A DNA stretch of 64,000 nucleotides. Source: Minisyncoccota bacterium. Its GTDB lineage: Bacteria; Patescibacteriota; Minisyncoccia; UBA6257; GWB1-50-10. The first letter of the stretch is position 1. Each line of letters begins with the position of its first letter. The stretch covers positions 370,582 through 434,581 of the forward strand of contig JAYRXE010000037.1 of assembly GCA_041917695.1 (NCBI GenBank), in the 5' to 3' direction. Both the position numbers and the translations under genes were made by a program. Shown here piece after piece: positions 54,895 through 64,000 of this stretch. The notes under the pieces are model-generated. The model worked only from the letters and a program-made list of their open reading frames with translations, was not told the DNA's origin and did not search any database.

Positions 54895-55221
54895 TTACCT
54901 ACCCGCGTTGGGATTCTCGCCGAGACACGCCAGGAAGATTGCATTTGCATCCGTCTCGCCTGCGGCAAGCTTCCTGCCGATGCATTCATCCACGCTATTT
55001 TTATACGTTTCTTCCTTCGGCTGTTCACGAGGAGCCTCTGTCTCCACCGTAAAGCCCCCGCCGGTTGACGAACCGTTCACGAGAACGCTCGGCTCCGTAG
55101 TCGTCGCCGCCTCTTCCACTACGGGCGCCTCCACCCGGGCACCCCACCCGGCGCGCCAGGCAAAAAAGAGTCCGCCGAGGACGGCAATGGCAATAATCGA
55201 AAGTATCACTTTGTCCCTCAT
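54895..55221 (-). CDS. small membrane-anchored hypothetical protein
   Basis: Start at ATG 55221 (MRDKVILSIIAIAVLGGLFFAW). Confidence 0.4.
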   Translation of the reverse strand: MRDKVILSIIAIAVLGGLFFAWRAGWGARVEAPVVEEAATTTEPSVLVNGSSTGGGFTVETEAPREQPKEETYKNSVDECIGRKLAAGETDANAIFLACLGENPNAGR

Positions 55222-55401
55222 ATTTTTAGTATATATCCTCGGGAAGTTCCGGGAAAAATACGCGGGGAGAGAAATCAGGCTTTCCAAATTCACGATAACC
55301 TGAAAGAAAGCGGGATATGGCGCGTTTTTTTGCTTCTTCGCTTATTTTTTCTCCGCGCCGTTCGGGAGAACGTTCGGAGGAGAGCGGTATATTTTCTAAT
55401 T

Positions 55402-55722
55402 TCATGTGAGTGAGCCTAATTTTTTGGCGACGTCGCCCGCGGTCCTTGTCACCAATGTTTTCATATCCGGCCGCGAAACGAGGTTTTCGGAGAGAAACGT
55501 ATCGAGTTTCTCATCGTCTCCGCTTTCCACGGCTTCTTCAAACGCTTCCGCTTTTCCATCGGGGAGACATTCGAACATCATGCCGAAAAGCGCGGAAACC
55601 ACTTCTTCCCGCACGCTCAAATCGCTTTTCATGCGGGCAATTTCCGCCTTTGATGCGCCTGGACGGGATGTCGCAAGCGCCGCGGTGGCTATGTCATCAA
55701 TAAATCTGTCGAGAACGCTCAT
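55402..55722 (-). CDS. hypothetical protein
   Basis: Start MSVLDRFIDD. Helical acidic protein. Adjacent to the PspC-domain gene. Confidence 0.4.
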   Translation of the reverse strand: MSVLDRFIDDIATAALATSRPGASKAEIARMKSDLSVREEVVSALFGMMFECLPDGKAEAFEEAVESGDDEKLDTFLSENLVSRPDMKTLVTRTAGDVAKKLGSLT

Positions 55723-55737
55723 GTATGCTCCCAACCG

Positions 55738-56220
55738 CTAACGGCTCTTCCAAACAAGGATGAGCCCGAGCAAAACGAGGAGCGCCGGCAACAGGAATTT
55801 TTCGCGGAAGAATCCCCAGGGGAAAAGCTTGTCGAGGAGCAGCAACACGCCGACAAAGATGAGGACGATGCCCAGCACGTTCATCCGCTCGTCCCGCTTC
55901 AGGCGTTTCGCCTCCTTCACGAGTTCCTTCGCTTTCTCCCCCGTCTCGGCGGCAAACTCCTTCGCATTCTCCTTGCGGTTCCCGGCAACCTCCGTCGCAT
56001 CCTCCTTCACGGCTACCGCAAAAATGAGGTACGAAACGATGCCCAAGCCCGATACAAAGCTTAGGGCAATAAAAACGATTCGGACGATGGCAGGATCAAT
56101 CGCGAAATATTTCGCCAAGCCCCCCGCCACGCCGAAAATGATGCGGTCTTCCCGCGCGCGATAGAGGCGTCGAATATTCGTTTCCGTGGCCTTCTCGTGC
56201 TGATTTTTTTCGTGGTCCAT
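55738..56220 (-). CDS. PspC-domain membrane protein
   Basis: LYRAREDRIIFGVAGGLAKYFAIDPAIVRIVF is the PspC domain, followed by two TM helices. Confidence 0.7.
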   Translation of the reverse strand: MDHEKNQHEKATETNIRRLYRAREDRIIFGVAGGLAKYFAIDPAIVRIVFIALSFVSGLGIVSYLIFAVAVKEDATEVAGNRKENAKEFAAETGEKAKELVKEAKRLKRDERMNVLGIVLIFVGVLLLLDKLFPWGFFREKFLLPALLVLLGLILVWKSR

Positions 56221-56352
56221 ATGAATCCGATTATATGCCCTTTTAACGCTCTCCGAAAGGGGCCCGTGACTCCGTATTTGATTGGCCTTTTGGAGCGCTT
56301 CGTGCTATAACATCAGCAGTTTTTTTAATATTTTAAACTCAAAAGGAACGCG

Positions 56353-56670
56353 ATGGAAATATTCATGCTGCTTCAGGAACTTGCACGAAAGCTCGAGGAA
56401 GAACTGTTGAACCCCAGGTTCAAAAGCGCCTCAAGCCACAGTTTTCAAAACCCGCATTTGCGGATCAAAGTGACACCAACCAAAAAGAACGGCCTCGCCG
56501 CCGGGCTGGGAAACCCCATCATACAAATCAAGGAAATCGGCGAGAAGCGCTATTGCCTGGAAGCGCGGCATCTCAGGGATTATAAAAACTTCCTTCCCGA
56601 TATCAAGAAACTTACCGATGAATGGTGCAAAGAAAAACAATTCATCTTTGATTTCAGGTATATTTCCTGA
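56353..56670 (+). CDS. hypothetical protein
   Basis: No family recognised. Bidirectional hairpin terminator at 56690-56720 (aaaccccgc-gtat-gcggggttt). Confidence 0.4.
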   Translation: MEIFMLLQELARKLEEELLNPRFKSASSHSFQNPHLRIKVTPTKKNGLAAGLGNPIIQIKEIGEKRYCLEARHLRDYKNFLPDIKKLTDEWCKEKQFIFDFRYIS

Positions 56671-56689
56671 CCTGTCCGTTAAAATTTAA

Positions 56690-56720
56690 AACCCCGCGTA
56701 TGCGGGGTTTATTTCTTATT
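56690..56720. terminator. bidirectional rho-independent terminator
   Basis: aaaccccgc-gtat-gcggggttt flanked by an A-run and a T-run. Confidence 0.7.
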
Positions 56721-57038
56721 CTTATCCTTCCCCCACCGCCAGCGGGGTTTTTCCCCTGTACGGTACGCCACGAAGATGAGCACGGCAACGAGTACGAAGG
56801 TTTGCGGCAGGTATTCATAGAGCATTTTCTCCATCGAGTTGAGCGGAGCGAGGCGCAGGTAATTTAAAATCCACAGCGCGATGAAAACGAGAAGCACGAG
56901 CCAGCCTTCCCAGGTCGCCGGATACCAGCCCCAACCGTATTCTTTGGCCCTAAACCAAAAAATTCTTTTTTGGTCGGGCGTCCCCTCCGTGGCGGGATTA
57001 GCCTTAAACCAAAGTTTTTTTTCTTTTTGAGCGCCCAC
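56709..57038 (-). CDS. small membrane protein (WGWYPATWEGW motif), hypothetical
   Basis: Two TM helices; aromatic motif. Confidence 0.4.
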   Translation of the reverse strand: MGAQKEKKLWFKANPATEGTPDQKRIFWFRAKEYGWGWYPATWEGWLVLLVFIALWILNYLRLAPLNSMEKMLYEYLPQTFVLVAVLIFVAYRTGEKPRWRWGKDKNKK

Positions 57039-57635
57039 TTATTTTTTCTCCACCGTCACTTTCTTCATGCTGACGGGCGCAAGCGGCCTGTCGTTTTGGT
57101 CGCGCTCAACGTTTGCGATCGCGTCAACCGTTTCTATGCCGGAAATCACTTTGCCGAAAATGGTGTACTGGTGCGGCAAGGGATAATCCGTTTGCATGAT
57201 GAAAAACTGGCTCCCGTTCGTATCGGGGCCCGCGTTCGCCATCGCCACCACTCCGCGCTTATAGCCGGCGCGCGCCGAATCCGTATCGGGAGAGAGCTCG
57301 TCGGCGAATTGATAGCCCGGGCCGCCCGTGCCGTCGCCCCGCGGATCGCCTCCCTGAATCATGAAGCCTGGAATGACGCGATGGAACGTGAGATTGTCGT
57401 AAAAGCCTTTCTCCGCGAGCGTAACGAAATTGCCGACGGTACGGGGAGCGTCGCCGTCATAGGTCTCGAATACGATCGTGCCGTAATTCGTCTCAATGGT
57501 GACGCGATGCGAAAAATTCGCCGCTTGTGCGATGGGACTGGTTTCGGGAACGGGTTGTGATTGGTTGTTCATATATATGATGATGCCGAGAATGGCCACG
57601 AGAAGAATTGCGCCGACGACGTATAGGTTCTTCAT
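57039..57635 (-). CDS. ppiB: peptidyl-prolyl cis-trans isomerase, cyclophilin type (membrane-anchored)
   Basis: FHRVIPGFMIQGGD, GGPGYQF, FFIMQTD are cyclophilin signatures. N-terminal TM anchor. Confidence 0.85.
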   Translation of the reverse strand: MKNLYVVGAILLVAILGIIIYMNNQSQPVPETSPIAQAANFSHRVTIETNYGTIVFETYDGDAPRTVGNFVTLAEKGFYDNLTFHRVIPGFMIQGGDPRGDGTGGPGYQFADELSPDTDSARAGYKRGVVAMANAGPDTNGSQFFIMQTDYPLPHQYTIFGKVISGIETVDAIANVERDQNDRPLAPVSMKKVTVEKK

Positions 57636-57649
57636 CCATGCATTCTAGC

Positions 57650-57678
57650 ATAAAAAAGCTCCGGCGGGGCCGGAGCTA
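57650..57678 (-). terminator. rho-independent terminator (minus strand)
   Basis: Minus strand: agctccggc-ccc-gccggagct followed by ttttttat. Confidence 0.65.
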
Positions 57679-58167
57679 GTCTTTCATTTCCAAAAACGTC
57701 CATTCTTCCTCCCACTTGAATTTTTCGAATTCGGTGAGGAAGAGGCACGGTACCGCCTTTTCGTTTATTTTCTCCCACGTGAAGGCCAGCGCCGCTCTGC
57801 GGCCGTTTGCCCCGATAAAGATGGCTTCCTCCGTTTCGCAATAGAGCGTGGCAATGGGGACCAAGAGGTTTCCCGCGTACTTTATGAGCGTACCAAGAAA
57901 TTCCGCCGGATGAGCCGGGCGATAGGTGCGCTCTTCCCACTTGGCAAGAATGGTCGGCGTGCTCAAACCGCCGAAATGGACCACATTTGCGCAGACGCCG
58001 TTTTCCTCTTTCGTTTCACGCACCCGAGCGCGGTATTCCTCCGGAAGGGTCTTAAACACTTCGCGCTGTTCAAGGATTTCCGGAGCTATCCTCCATCTTT
58101 TCTTCTTGAAGAAATCCAGGGTCTCCACGAATCTGATGCGCGTAAGTTCCTGCTTTTTGGGACCCAT
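57676..58167 (-). CDS. hypothetical protein
   Basis: No family recognised. Confidence 0.45.
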   Translation of the reverse strand: MGPKKQELTRIRFVETLDFFKKKRWRIAPEILEQREVFKTLPEEYRARVRETKEENGVCANVVHFGGLSTPTILAKWEERTYRPAHPAEFLGTLIKYAGNLLVPIATLYCETEEAIFIGANGRRAALAFTWEKINEKAVPCLFLTEFEKFKWEEEWTFLEMKD

Positions 58168-58280
58168 AGGGGCCTCCTTTCTCGTAATTTACTGCCTTCA
58201 GTATGAAATAAGCCTCCTTGACCCGTCAATAAAAGGAAGGGTAGGATGGAGTCAGATATTAATTAAAAAAGGAGCTCAGG

Positions 58281-58580
58281 ATGAAAATCATCAAAACACT
58301 GGCATGGTTTCTTGCCATCGCCACCGTAACTTTCATGCTCGTTACTTCCGTAAACAGCCTCGCGACCGCCTTTTGGACAAGCGCGCTCCGTATGAACGAA
58401 ACTGTTGCCTATTACTTCACGGCGCTCCAGTTTGCCCGGAGCCTTCTTGAAACCGTCCTTATCGCGGGATATGTCGCCTACTTCTTCATCTGGCGTTTCA
58501 TCGAAATGCCCGCAACCGACGAAGAATGCGGTATCTGCACGGATTATTATTACAAAAGCGAAAGGCGGGTAATCGCATGA
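58281..58580 (+). CDS. small membrane protein, hypothetical
   Basis: RBS aaaaaggagctcagg then ATG. Two or three TM helices, then CGICTDYYYK. Confidence 0.4.
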   Translation: MKIIKTLAWFLAIATVTFMLVTSVNSLATAFWTSALRMNETVAYYFTALQFARSLLETVLIAGYVAYFFIWRFIEMPATDEECGICTDYYYKSERRVIA

Positions 58581-58780
58581 GCGGACCGGGGAGCAGTGCA
58601 TGGCTCAAAAAGGAGTTGAAAAAACTCGAAAGAGACGGAAAAGTTAGAATTTTCACCGATAAAGAAACCGCTGCGATAGCAAAGCGCATCAATGCAGGCA
58701 TTGCGCAGGCAAAGTTGGAATACCGGCGAATAGCTGGGGAATCCGAAAGAGATGCAGCGAAGGTTTTTATCAATTGTTAG
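58577..58780 (+). CDS. small hypothetical protein, translationally coupled (ATGA overlap)
   Basis: ATG 58577 overlaps the stop of the previous gene. Basic helical 67-aa product. Terminator at 58779-58810. Confidence 0.35.
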   Translation: MSGPGSSAWLKKELKKLERDGKVRIFTDKETAAIAKRINAGIAQAKLEYRRIAGESERDAAKVFINC

Positions 58781-58810
58781 CCCCGAATCATTCGGGGCTT
58801 ATTTTTTTAT
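58779..58810 (+). terminator. rho-independent terminator
   Basis: agccccgaat-c-attcggggct followed by tattttttt. Confidence 0.75.
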
Positions 58811-59305
58811 CCAGATATGGGACTTCGTATTCAGAAACGGCAGAATCTCCAAGAGATGCTCCTTTTTCAATGCGATGCATCCGTCGGTCGGTTTCAGCCC
58901 TTCGCGCGCGATATGGATGAAAATCGCGCTCCCCTTCCCCGGCACGGCCGGGGACATGTTGTATCCGACGGAGACGACGATGTCGTATATGTTGTCCGAA
59001 CGCCACATCGTTTCATGGTGTTCGGGGGCCGGCAAAAAAATGTGCTGGTTGTAAAACGGCGATGAGGCGTCGTCGCACCATCCGTCGCACGTCCGGAGCG
59101 CCCGCTTCGGAAGTCCGGTATGTATTTCGGGAATCCGATCCTTCCGCCAAAAAACCTCGCGGAGCGGAAACGCGCCAAGGGGAGTCTTCTTGTCCCCTTC
59201 CGTTTTCGCTTCAGTAACGCCTCCTTCGCCCAAGGCGCACGGATAGTCTTCGCCGTTCATGCGAAGTATTCCGCGGGAGAACACCTCAATATCCATTACG
59301 TCCAT
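58799..59305 (-). CDS. L,D-transpeptidase (YkuD) domain protein
   Basis: GSAIFIHIAREGLKPTDGCIALKKEHLLEIL is the YkuD H...(S/T)xGC catalytic motif. Start set at ATG 59305 (MDVMDIEV); the upstream part of the track ORF overlaps msrB antisense. Confidence 0.7.
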   Translation of the reverse strand: MDVMDIEVFSRGILRMNGEDYPCALGEGGVTEAKTEGDKKTPLGAFPLREVFWRKDRIPEIHTGLPKRALRTCDGWCDDASSPFYNQHIFLPAPEHHETMWRSDNIYDIVVSVGYNMSPAVPGKGSAIFIHIAREGLKPTDGCIALKKEHLLEILPFLNTKSHIWIKK

Positions 59306-59338
59306 TATACCTTCTTTCGAATGCGCTAAAATATATAG

Positions 59339-59707
59339 ATGCAAGAATGGAATGAACTTACACCCGAGGAAGAACGCATCATCGTCCGCAAAGGGACCGA
59401 AGCGCCCGGGAGCGGCGAATACGAAAATTTCTGGGAAACGGGCACCTACGCGTGCCGCCGATGCGAGACTCCGCTCTACCGTTCCGAATCGAAATTCGAC
59501 GCGCGGTGCGGATGGCCGAGCTTCGACGAAGAAATTCCCGGCAGGGTAACGCACGCATTGGACGCCGACGGGGTACGCACCGAGATAACGTGCACGCACT
59601 GCGGCGCGCACCTCGGCCACGTTTTCGAAGGAGAACGATTCACACCGAAAGATACGCGCCATTGCGTGAACTCGCTCTCGCTGAAATTCATCCCCGATAA
59701 GAAATAA
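59339..59707 (+). CDS. msrB: peptide-methionine (R)-S-oxide reductase
   Basis: CRRCETPLYRS...GWPSF...RTEITCTHCGAHLGHVFEGE carries the MsrB zinc CxxC pairs and the catalytic region. Confidence 0.9.
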   Translation: MQEWNELTPEEERIIVRKGTEAPGSGEYENFWETGTYACRRCETPLYRSESKFDARCGWPSFDEEIPGRVTHALDADGVRTEITCTHCGAHLGHVFEGERFTPKDTRHCVNSLSLKFIPDKK

Positions 59708-59709
59708 AA

Positions 59710-59736
59710 AAATCCCGCCAGCGGCGGGATATTTAA
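59710..59736 (+). terminator. rho-independent terminator
   Basis: atcccgcc-agc-ggcgggat followed by atttaatt. Confidence 0.65.
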
Positions 59737-60125
59737 TTGATGGGTGTTTCTGTATATATATTATGGAATTTCTGTGTATGGTAATGTGCGTTTTATAGTG
59801 GGTAACTGGGAGGCTACGAATCAATTCGTATATAGTGAGGTTTGTTAATAAGATTATTTTGGTACGAATTGCTTCGCGAGTTTTTGGGTTTCTGATTTTT
59901 CGAGAAATCGGAAAAAACGTCTTGCATCCTTCCGGTCGTACAGCACTTTTCAGTTACTGGATATAGTATAGCACGCGGGCATTCCAAAGGAATAGAAAAG
60001 CCGCCTTTCCGGGGAGGCGGCTTGAAAGCTCATTTTTCCAGCCTTTTTAAGGCCTCCTATGTGTCGCGCCGGCACTTTTCCACAGTTTTCTGAAAGGACG
60101 CAGACCTCCTGTTCCAACCGGCGCC

Positions 60126-60632
60126 TTACATCTTCCGCGAATCGTACGCCCAGTGTAGCAATGCCTGCCGTTGCCGCGGACGGCAAGTAACGTCCCCTCT
60201 TTTGCAATACTTTTGAAGCTGCGCAATGTGCCGCCGGACAGCTTTCCACCGTCCGATTTGCCACTCGTCATATTCGGGAATACGCCGTCCCATATAATAG
60301 CGGCAATACCACTGGAACCATCCGCGCGGGTCTTCGCTTCGTATCCATCCCCTTCTCCGCCATTCGCTGAGGGGCTGCGAAGCGTTCACGCCGAAATAAT
60401 TACACCGCTTGTCGCGGAACTCGGGAGACAGCTTTGCGCGGGAAAACCACGAGCGCGGAAACTCGTTGCGGCAATCAGTCATGTACTTTCCCCCGAAGAC
60501 GCCGAGTTCAAGCATTTTGCGGGGCGTGAGTTCCGGTTTGAAATCCGCGTGGAAGTTCCGCCCGGCTGGGGCGGTGCACATATAGCGATACCCCGTCTGC
60601 ATACGATCCTCGACGCGGACGAGACGGGGCAT
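60126..60632 (-). CDS. conserved hypothetical protein (Trp/Arg-rich)
   Basis: No family confidently recognised. Minus-strand hairpin terminator at ~59993-60023. Confidence 0.45.
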   Translation of the reverse strand: MPRLVRVEDRMQTGYRYMCTAPAGRNFHADFKPELTPRKMLELGVFGGKYMTDCRNEFPRSWFSRAKLSPEFRDKRCNYFGVNASQPLSEWRRRGWIRSEDPRGWFQWYCRYYMGRRIPEYDEWQIGRWKAVRRHIAQLQKYCKRGDVTCRPRQRQALLHWAYDSRKM

Positions 60633-60633
60633 G

Positions 60634-62436
60634 TTAAGCGGCGCTTTTGGCGCTTCGTTTCGCGCGGGTGCGGTCGACTTCGGTGAGGAATTCCTTTCGC
60701 AGCCGTACGCTTTTCGGCGTCACCTCCAAATACTCGTCTTCGTTCATGATCTCAAGCCCGCGTTCAAGCGTGAGTTCGATGGGCGGCGTGAGCATAATCG
60801 CTTCGTCGGCTCCCTTTGAGCGCATATTTGTCAGCTCCTTCCCTTTGATGGGATTTACCGTCATATCGTCCCCCTTCGACACGTTTCCGATCACCATGCC
60901 CTCGTATACTTCCGTACCCGGCCCGATATACAAGGCTCCCCGTTCCTGCAGGTTCCACAACGAGAACGCCAGGGCTTTCCCGGACGCCATCGAAACCATC
61001 GAACCGACTGAACGCTTCACCACCTCTCCGGCGTGCGGCTTGAAACCGATGACGCGGCTGGAAAGAAGGCCCTCTCCCCGCGTATCAATAATGAATTCAC
61101 CCCGATAGCCGAGGAAACCGCGCGTCGGCATTTCAAAAATAAGGCGGGTCATCGCGCCGTGGGGTTCCATGGCGGAAAGGATGCCTTTGCGCTTCGAGAG
61201 CTTTTCGATGACGACTCCGGAGAACGTCTCCGGCACGTCCACGATGACCTCCTCAAACGGCTCGAGGCGGATACCGCCTTCTTCTTTCATGATGACCTGC
61301 GGCTGGGACACCTGCATTTCATACCCTTCCCGCCGCATGTTTTCGAGCAGGATGGCGATGTGCAGTTCACCGCGCCCGTAGACCTTGTACGAATCGGTGC
61401 CGGCAAAATCCACTTTGAGCCCCACGTTGACCTCGAGCTCCCGTTCCAGGCGCCGCTTCAGTTCGCGCGTCGTGACGAACTTTCCTTCCCGGCCGGCAAA
61501 CGGCGAGTTGTTCACCAAAAAATTCAAAGAAATGGTCGGCTCATCGATGGCAATGGCGGGCAACGGCTCGACATCTTCGCCGCTACCGATGGTTTCGCCG
61601 ATATAAATGTCCGGCAGACCCGCAATCATGACGATATCCCCCGCTTCGGCGGCGGGCGCCTCCTTTCGCTCAAGTCCTTCAAAGGTAAAAATCTTCGTGA
61701 GCTTTCCTTCGCGCATCTCTCCGGTAGCCTTTTTAACAAAAACCTTCGCGCCATTTTCCACCCGGCCCTCGTACACGCGCCCGATTGCCAGGCGCCCCAA
61801 AAAATTATCGTATGCAAGATTGAACGGCTGCATCCGGAACGGGCGCGCGGCGAGTTCGGGCGTCGTCGCCGGAGCGACGTGGCGCATGATCAAATCGAGG
61901 AGCGGCGTTAAATCTTTAGACTCATCGGTGAGCTTCGCCTGGGCGACGCCGGCCTTCCCGATTGCATAGACGTACGGAAAATCCAGCTGTGCGTCGTTCG
62001 CGCCCAGATCCATAAAAAGTTCCAGGACTTTGTCATGCGCCCAGTCGGGACGCGCGGCGGGCTTGTCTATCTTATTGATGACCACGATGGGACGAAGTCC
62101 GAGCTCAAGCGATTTCTTCAAAACGAATTTTGTCTGGGGCATGGGTCCCTCCTGCGCGTCGACGACCAAAAGGACGGAGTCGATGGACCGGAGCACCCGT
62201 TCAACCTCGGAACCGAAATCGGCGTGCCCCGGAGTGTCAACGATGTTGATTTTCGTGCCCTTATAGAAGATGGACGTATTCTTGGAATAAATAGTAATTC
62301 CCCGCTCCCGTTCGAGATCGTTCGAATCCATGCTTACCCCTTCCTTCACCGCTCCCGACTGGCGCATCAAAGCGTCGGTGAGCGCCGTCTTTCCGTGGTC
62401 CACATGGGCGATGATGGCGATATTCCTGATTTCCAT
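60634..62436 (-). CDS. typA: translational GTPase TypA/BipA
   Basis: [22 protein letters not shown] (G1), DTPGHADF (G3), NKIDK (G4), and EF-G-like domains for a total of 600 aa. Start at internal ATG 62436. Confidence 0.9.
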   Translation of the reverse strand: MEIRNIAIIAHVDHGKTALTDALMRQSGAVKEGVSMDSNDLERERGITIYSKNTSIFYKGTKINIVDTPGHADFGSEVERVLRSIDSVLLVVDAQEGPMPQTKFVLKKSLELGLRPIVVINKIDKPAARPDWAHDKVLELFMDLGANDAQLDFPYVYAIGKAGVAQAKLTDESKDLTPLLDLIMRHVAPATTPELAARPFRMQPFNLAYDNFLGRLAIGRVYEGRVENGAKVFVKKATGEMREGKLTKIFTFEGLERKEAPAAEAGDIVMIAGLPDIYIGETIGSGEDVEPLPAIAIDEPTISLNFLVNNSPFAGREGKFVTTRELKRRLERELEVNVGLKVDFAGTDSYKVYGRGELHIAILLENMRREGYEMQVSQPQVIMKEEGGIRLEPFEEVIVDVPETFSGVVIEKLSKRKGILSAMEPHGAMTRLIFEMPTRGFLGYRGEFIIDTRGEGLLSSRVIGFKPHAGEVVKRSVGSMVSMASGKALAFSLWNLQERGALYIGPGTEVYEGMVIGNVSKGDDMTVNPIKGKELTNMRSKGADEAIMLTPPIELTLERGLEIMNEDEYLEVTPKSVRLRKEFLTEVDRTRAKRSAKSAA

Positions 62437-62512
62437 AAAAAAATCCCGTGTACGGGAGCCTTCCTCTTGGGCAGAGATTAACACAAAAAATAGCGTGAGG
62501 CAATGCTTCGCC

Positions 62513-63220
62513 CTACCGCTCCATTTCAAGGACGTTCGTGAGGCGCGCCTTTCGCGCAGCCGCGAGGCGCAAGATGACGCCGGCGAGAAGTACGCCGATG
62601 GCATCAAACATCAGGTCATTTGCGGTATCGGTGCCCAGTCCCAGCCGGTTTGAACCGAAGACGAGATCCTCAGCATACTCCTCGATCTCATACAACGCTC
62701 CCGTTGTCATCGCAAGCGCCATGGCAAAGAAAATGGCGATTCGGAGCTTTTCATGAATCGAAAGCGCCCCCTGCCCGCGGGGCATGGCAAAGCTTGAAAC
62801 GATGACGAAAAAGACGATGCACGCAACGCCGCTTGAAAAAAGATGGAGCGCGGAGTCCCACCAAAAGAACCGCTCATAGAGATGGAACATGTCCCCTCCC
62901 GCGTCGAGCGCCAGGGAGAGGGCGGCGAGAACCCACAGCGAGGAGTGGAGCGCCGCACCGCGATGGAGCGCGTAGCGATACGCAATGAATTCCAAAATTC
63001 CCCACACGGCAAGCGCCGTCAAAAAAAGCCCAAGCCACGTGAACTGGATATCGGACCGGATTATCCCCGCCATGTTGAGCGCTTCGAAAACCAGCAACGC
63101 GCCGAAAAAAATGCGAATGGAATTCTTCACCGTCCAAAATGGATGCAATTCCCGCTCAAGAAGCGAGGAGGAAAGGGGGCGTATCGCGCTGGGATCCAGG
63201 AGAGGGAGTTTTGTCCTCAT
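62513..63220 (-). CDS. integral membrane protein, hypothetical
   Basis: 6-7 TM helices; no family. Confidence 0.45.
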   Translation of the reverse strand: MRTKLPLLDPSAIRPLSSSLLERELHPFWTVKNSIRIFFGALLVFEALNMAGIIRSDIQFTWLGLFLTALAVWGILEFIAYRYALHRGAALHSSLWVLAALSLALDAGGDMFHLYERFFWWDSALHLFSSGVACIVFFVIVSSFAMPRGQGALSIHEKLRIAIFFAMALAMTTGALYEIEEYAEDLVFGSNRLGLGTDTANDLMFDAIGVLLAGVILRLAAARKARLTNVLEMER

Positions 63221-63296
63221 GGAATAAAAACGTTTTTTTGAAAATCCGCGTGACACAAATAAAAACCCGCGCGAGCGCGCGGGAATGATGTAAGCA

Positions 63297-63659
63297 TCAT
63301 GCTGCCTTGTTCTTTGCGGATTTCTTCAGAGCCTCCCGCACGGCCGTTACCACGCCTTCCGCCGCCGGTTCACATTTTATAAAGGAGACGGTTTGTTTTT
63401 CAAAAACAGCTTTTTCGCCGTTTACGATGCTGAATGTGAATTCGCTGCCGGGCCTCGCATCCGAAAGATGCCGGGCAATGCGCATACCCGCTTTCTTTCC
63501 GTTTTCCTCCGTGAGATTCCAGCCGCTCATCGCAAATACGTCGGCTTCCCCGTCAACCGCGCGAATACCCGCGAAGAATTCCCTGCTCCCGCGGGGAGCG
63601 CGAGACCCTTCATGGACCGTGCGGATTTCGCTTCCTAAAAAAATAGTTACCGATACCAA
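63297..63659 (-). CDS. hypothetical protein
   Basis: No family recognised. Confidence 0.35.
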   Translation of the reverse strand: MVSVTIFLGSEIRTVHEGSRAPRGSREFFAGIRAVDGEADVFAMSGWNLTEENGKKAGMRIARHLSDARPGSEFTFSIVNGEKAVFEKQTVSFIKCEPAAEGVVTAVREALKKSAKNKAA

Positions 63660-63772
63660 CCTCTCTCCTCCTCTTTTTTAATTTTTACGCTTCAGAAAAA
63701 ATACCTTTTCTGGCACGCACGGTCAAGAATGCAGTTGCCAAAAATGCGGATTTCCGTGAAGATTATCCGGTA

Positions 63773-64000
63773 ATGGCAAACCAGGAAGTCACCTTGCGAT
63801 TCAGCGACGTATCGTTTGAATACGGCGCGCGGAAACCGATCCTCCACGAGGTGAATTTCAGCGTGCGCCGGGGGGCGAAATTCACCCTCATGGGCCAGAA
63901 CGGGGCGGGCAAGACGACGCTTTTCAAGCTCATCACAGGCGAGCTCCAGCCCGAATCCGGAAGCATTTCGTATGCGCCGGGAGCGACCATCGCCGCGGGG
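63773..64000 (+). CDS. ABC transporter ATP-binding protein, N-terminal fragment (continues beyond window)
   Basis: Own translation from ATG 63773: MANQEVTLRFSDVSFEYGARKPILHEVNFSVRRGAKFTLMGQNGAGKTTLFKLITGELQPESGSI, containing Walker A (GQNGAGKTT). No stop within the window. Confidence 0.75.
   Translation, partial: MANQEVTLRFSDVSFEYGARKPILHEVNFSVRRGAKFTLMGQNGAGKTTLFKLITGELQPESGSISYAPGATIAAG

Noticed and set aside
59839-60264. Short minus-strand ORFs 59950-60264 and 60047-60271
   Set aside because: They overlap the terminator region and the 3' end of the 60126-60632 gene in other frames. No signals.
61033-61911. Plus-strand 292-aa ORF and neighbours 60647-61108, 61607-61969
   Set aside because: They are antisense to typA/bipA.

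Overview
This 64 kb window has high GC (roughly 55-60%) and several lower-GC stretches, with genes densely packed on both strands. The gene content suggests a Candidate Phyla Radiation (CPR)/Parcubacteria-like bacterium (possibly Kaiserbacteria-like, given the GC). The evidence is a DUF5671 membrane protein, short forms of Obg and UvrC, many small secreted or membrane-anchored hypothetical proteins, and cohesin- and dockerin-bearing surface proteins. This is an inference from the sequence, not a database result. Housekeeping genes I can recognise are tgt (partial, minus strand at the 5' edge), an Fe/Mn superoxide dismutase, obg, pyrD, alr, murA, uvrC (short), trxA, trpS, ppiB, msrB, typA/bipA, an Nramp transporter, a CaCA antiporter and a partial ABC ATPase at the 3' edge. 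There is one tRNA, tRNA-Gln(TTG), on the minus strand. No rRNA, CRISPR array, integrase or transposase was found. The most notable loci are: (1) a radical-SAM/SPASM maturase immediately followed, on the same strand, by a 46-codon Cys-rich peptide ORF, which looks like a RiPP (ribosomally synthesised, post-translationally modified peptide) cluster; (2) directly upstream on the same strand, an 880-aa ORF in which a ~540-aa N-terminal region with no recognisable family is fused to a complete DnaG-type primase core (CHC2 zinc finger plus TOPRIM); (3) a tRNA-Gln flanked by duplicated fragments of its own 5' and 3' ends, next to an ~8 kb lower-GC accessory segment (13.2-21.6 kb) carrying a kinase/GNAT pair, glycosyltransferase, isochorismatase, HIT, methyltransferase and VIT genes; (4) two ORF-free regions between convergent genes (9.06-9.67 kb and 59.74-59.99 kb) that are candidate ncRNA loci; and (5) a 7 kb run of surface-protein genes containing two cohesin-like proteins followed by an FN3/poly-Gly/double-dockerin protein. 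Coordinates were derived by hand from the ORF track and the raw sequence, so start codons may be off by a few codons.
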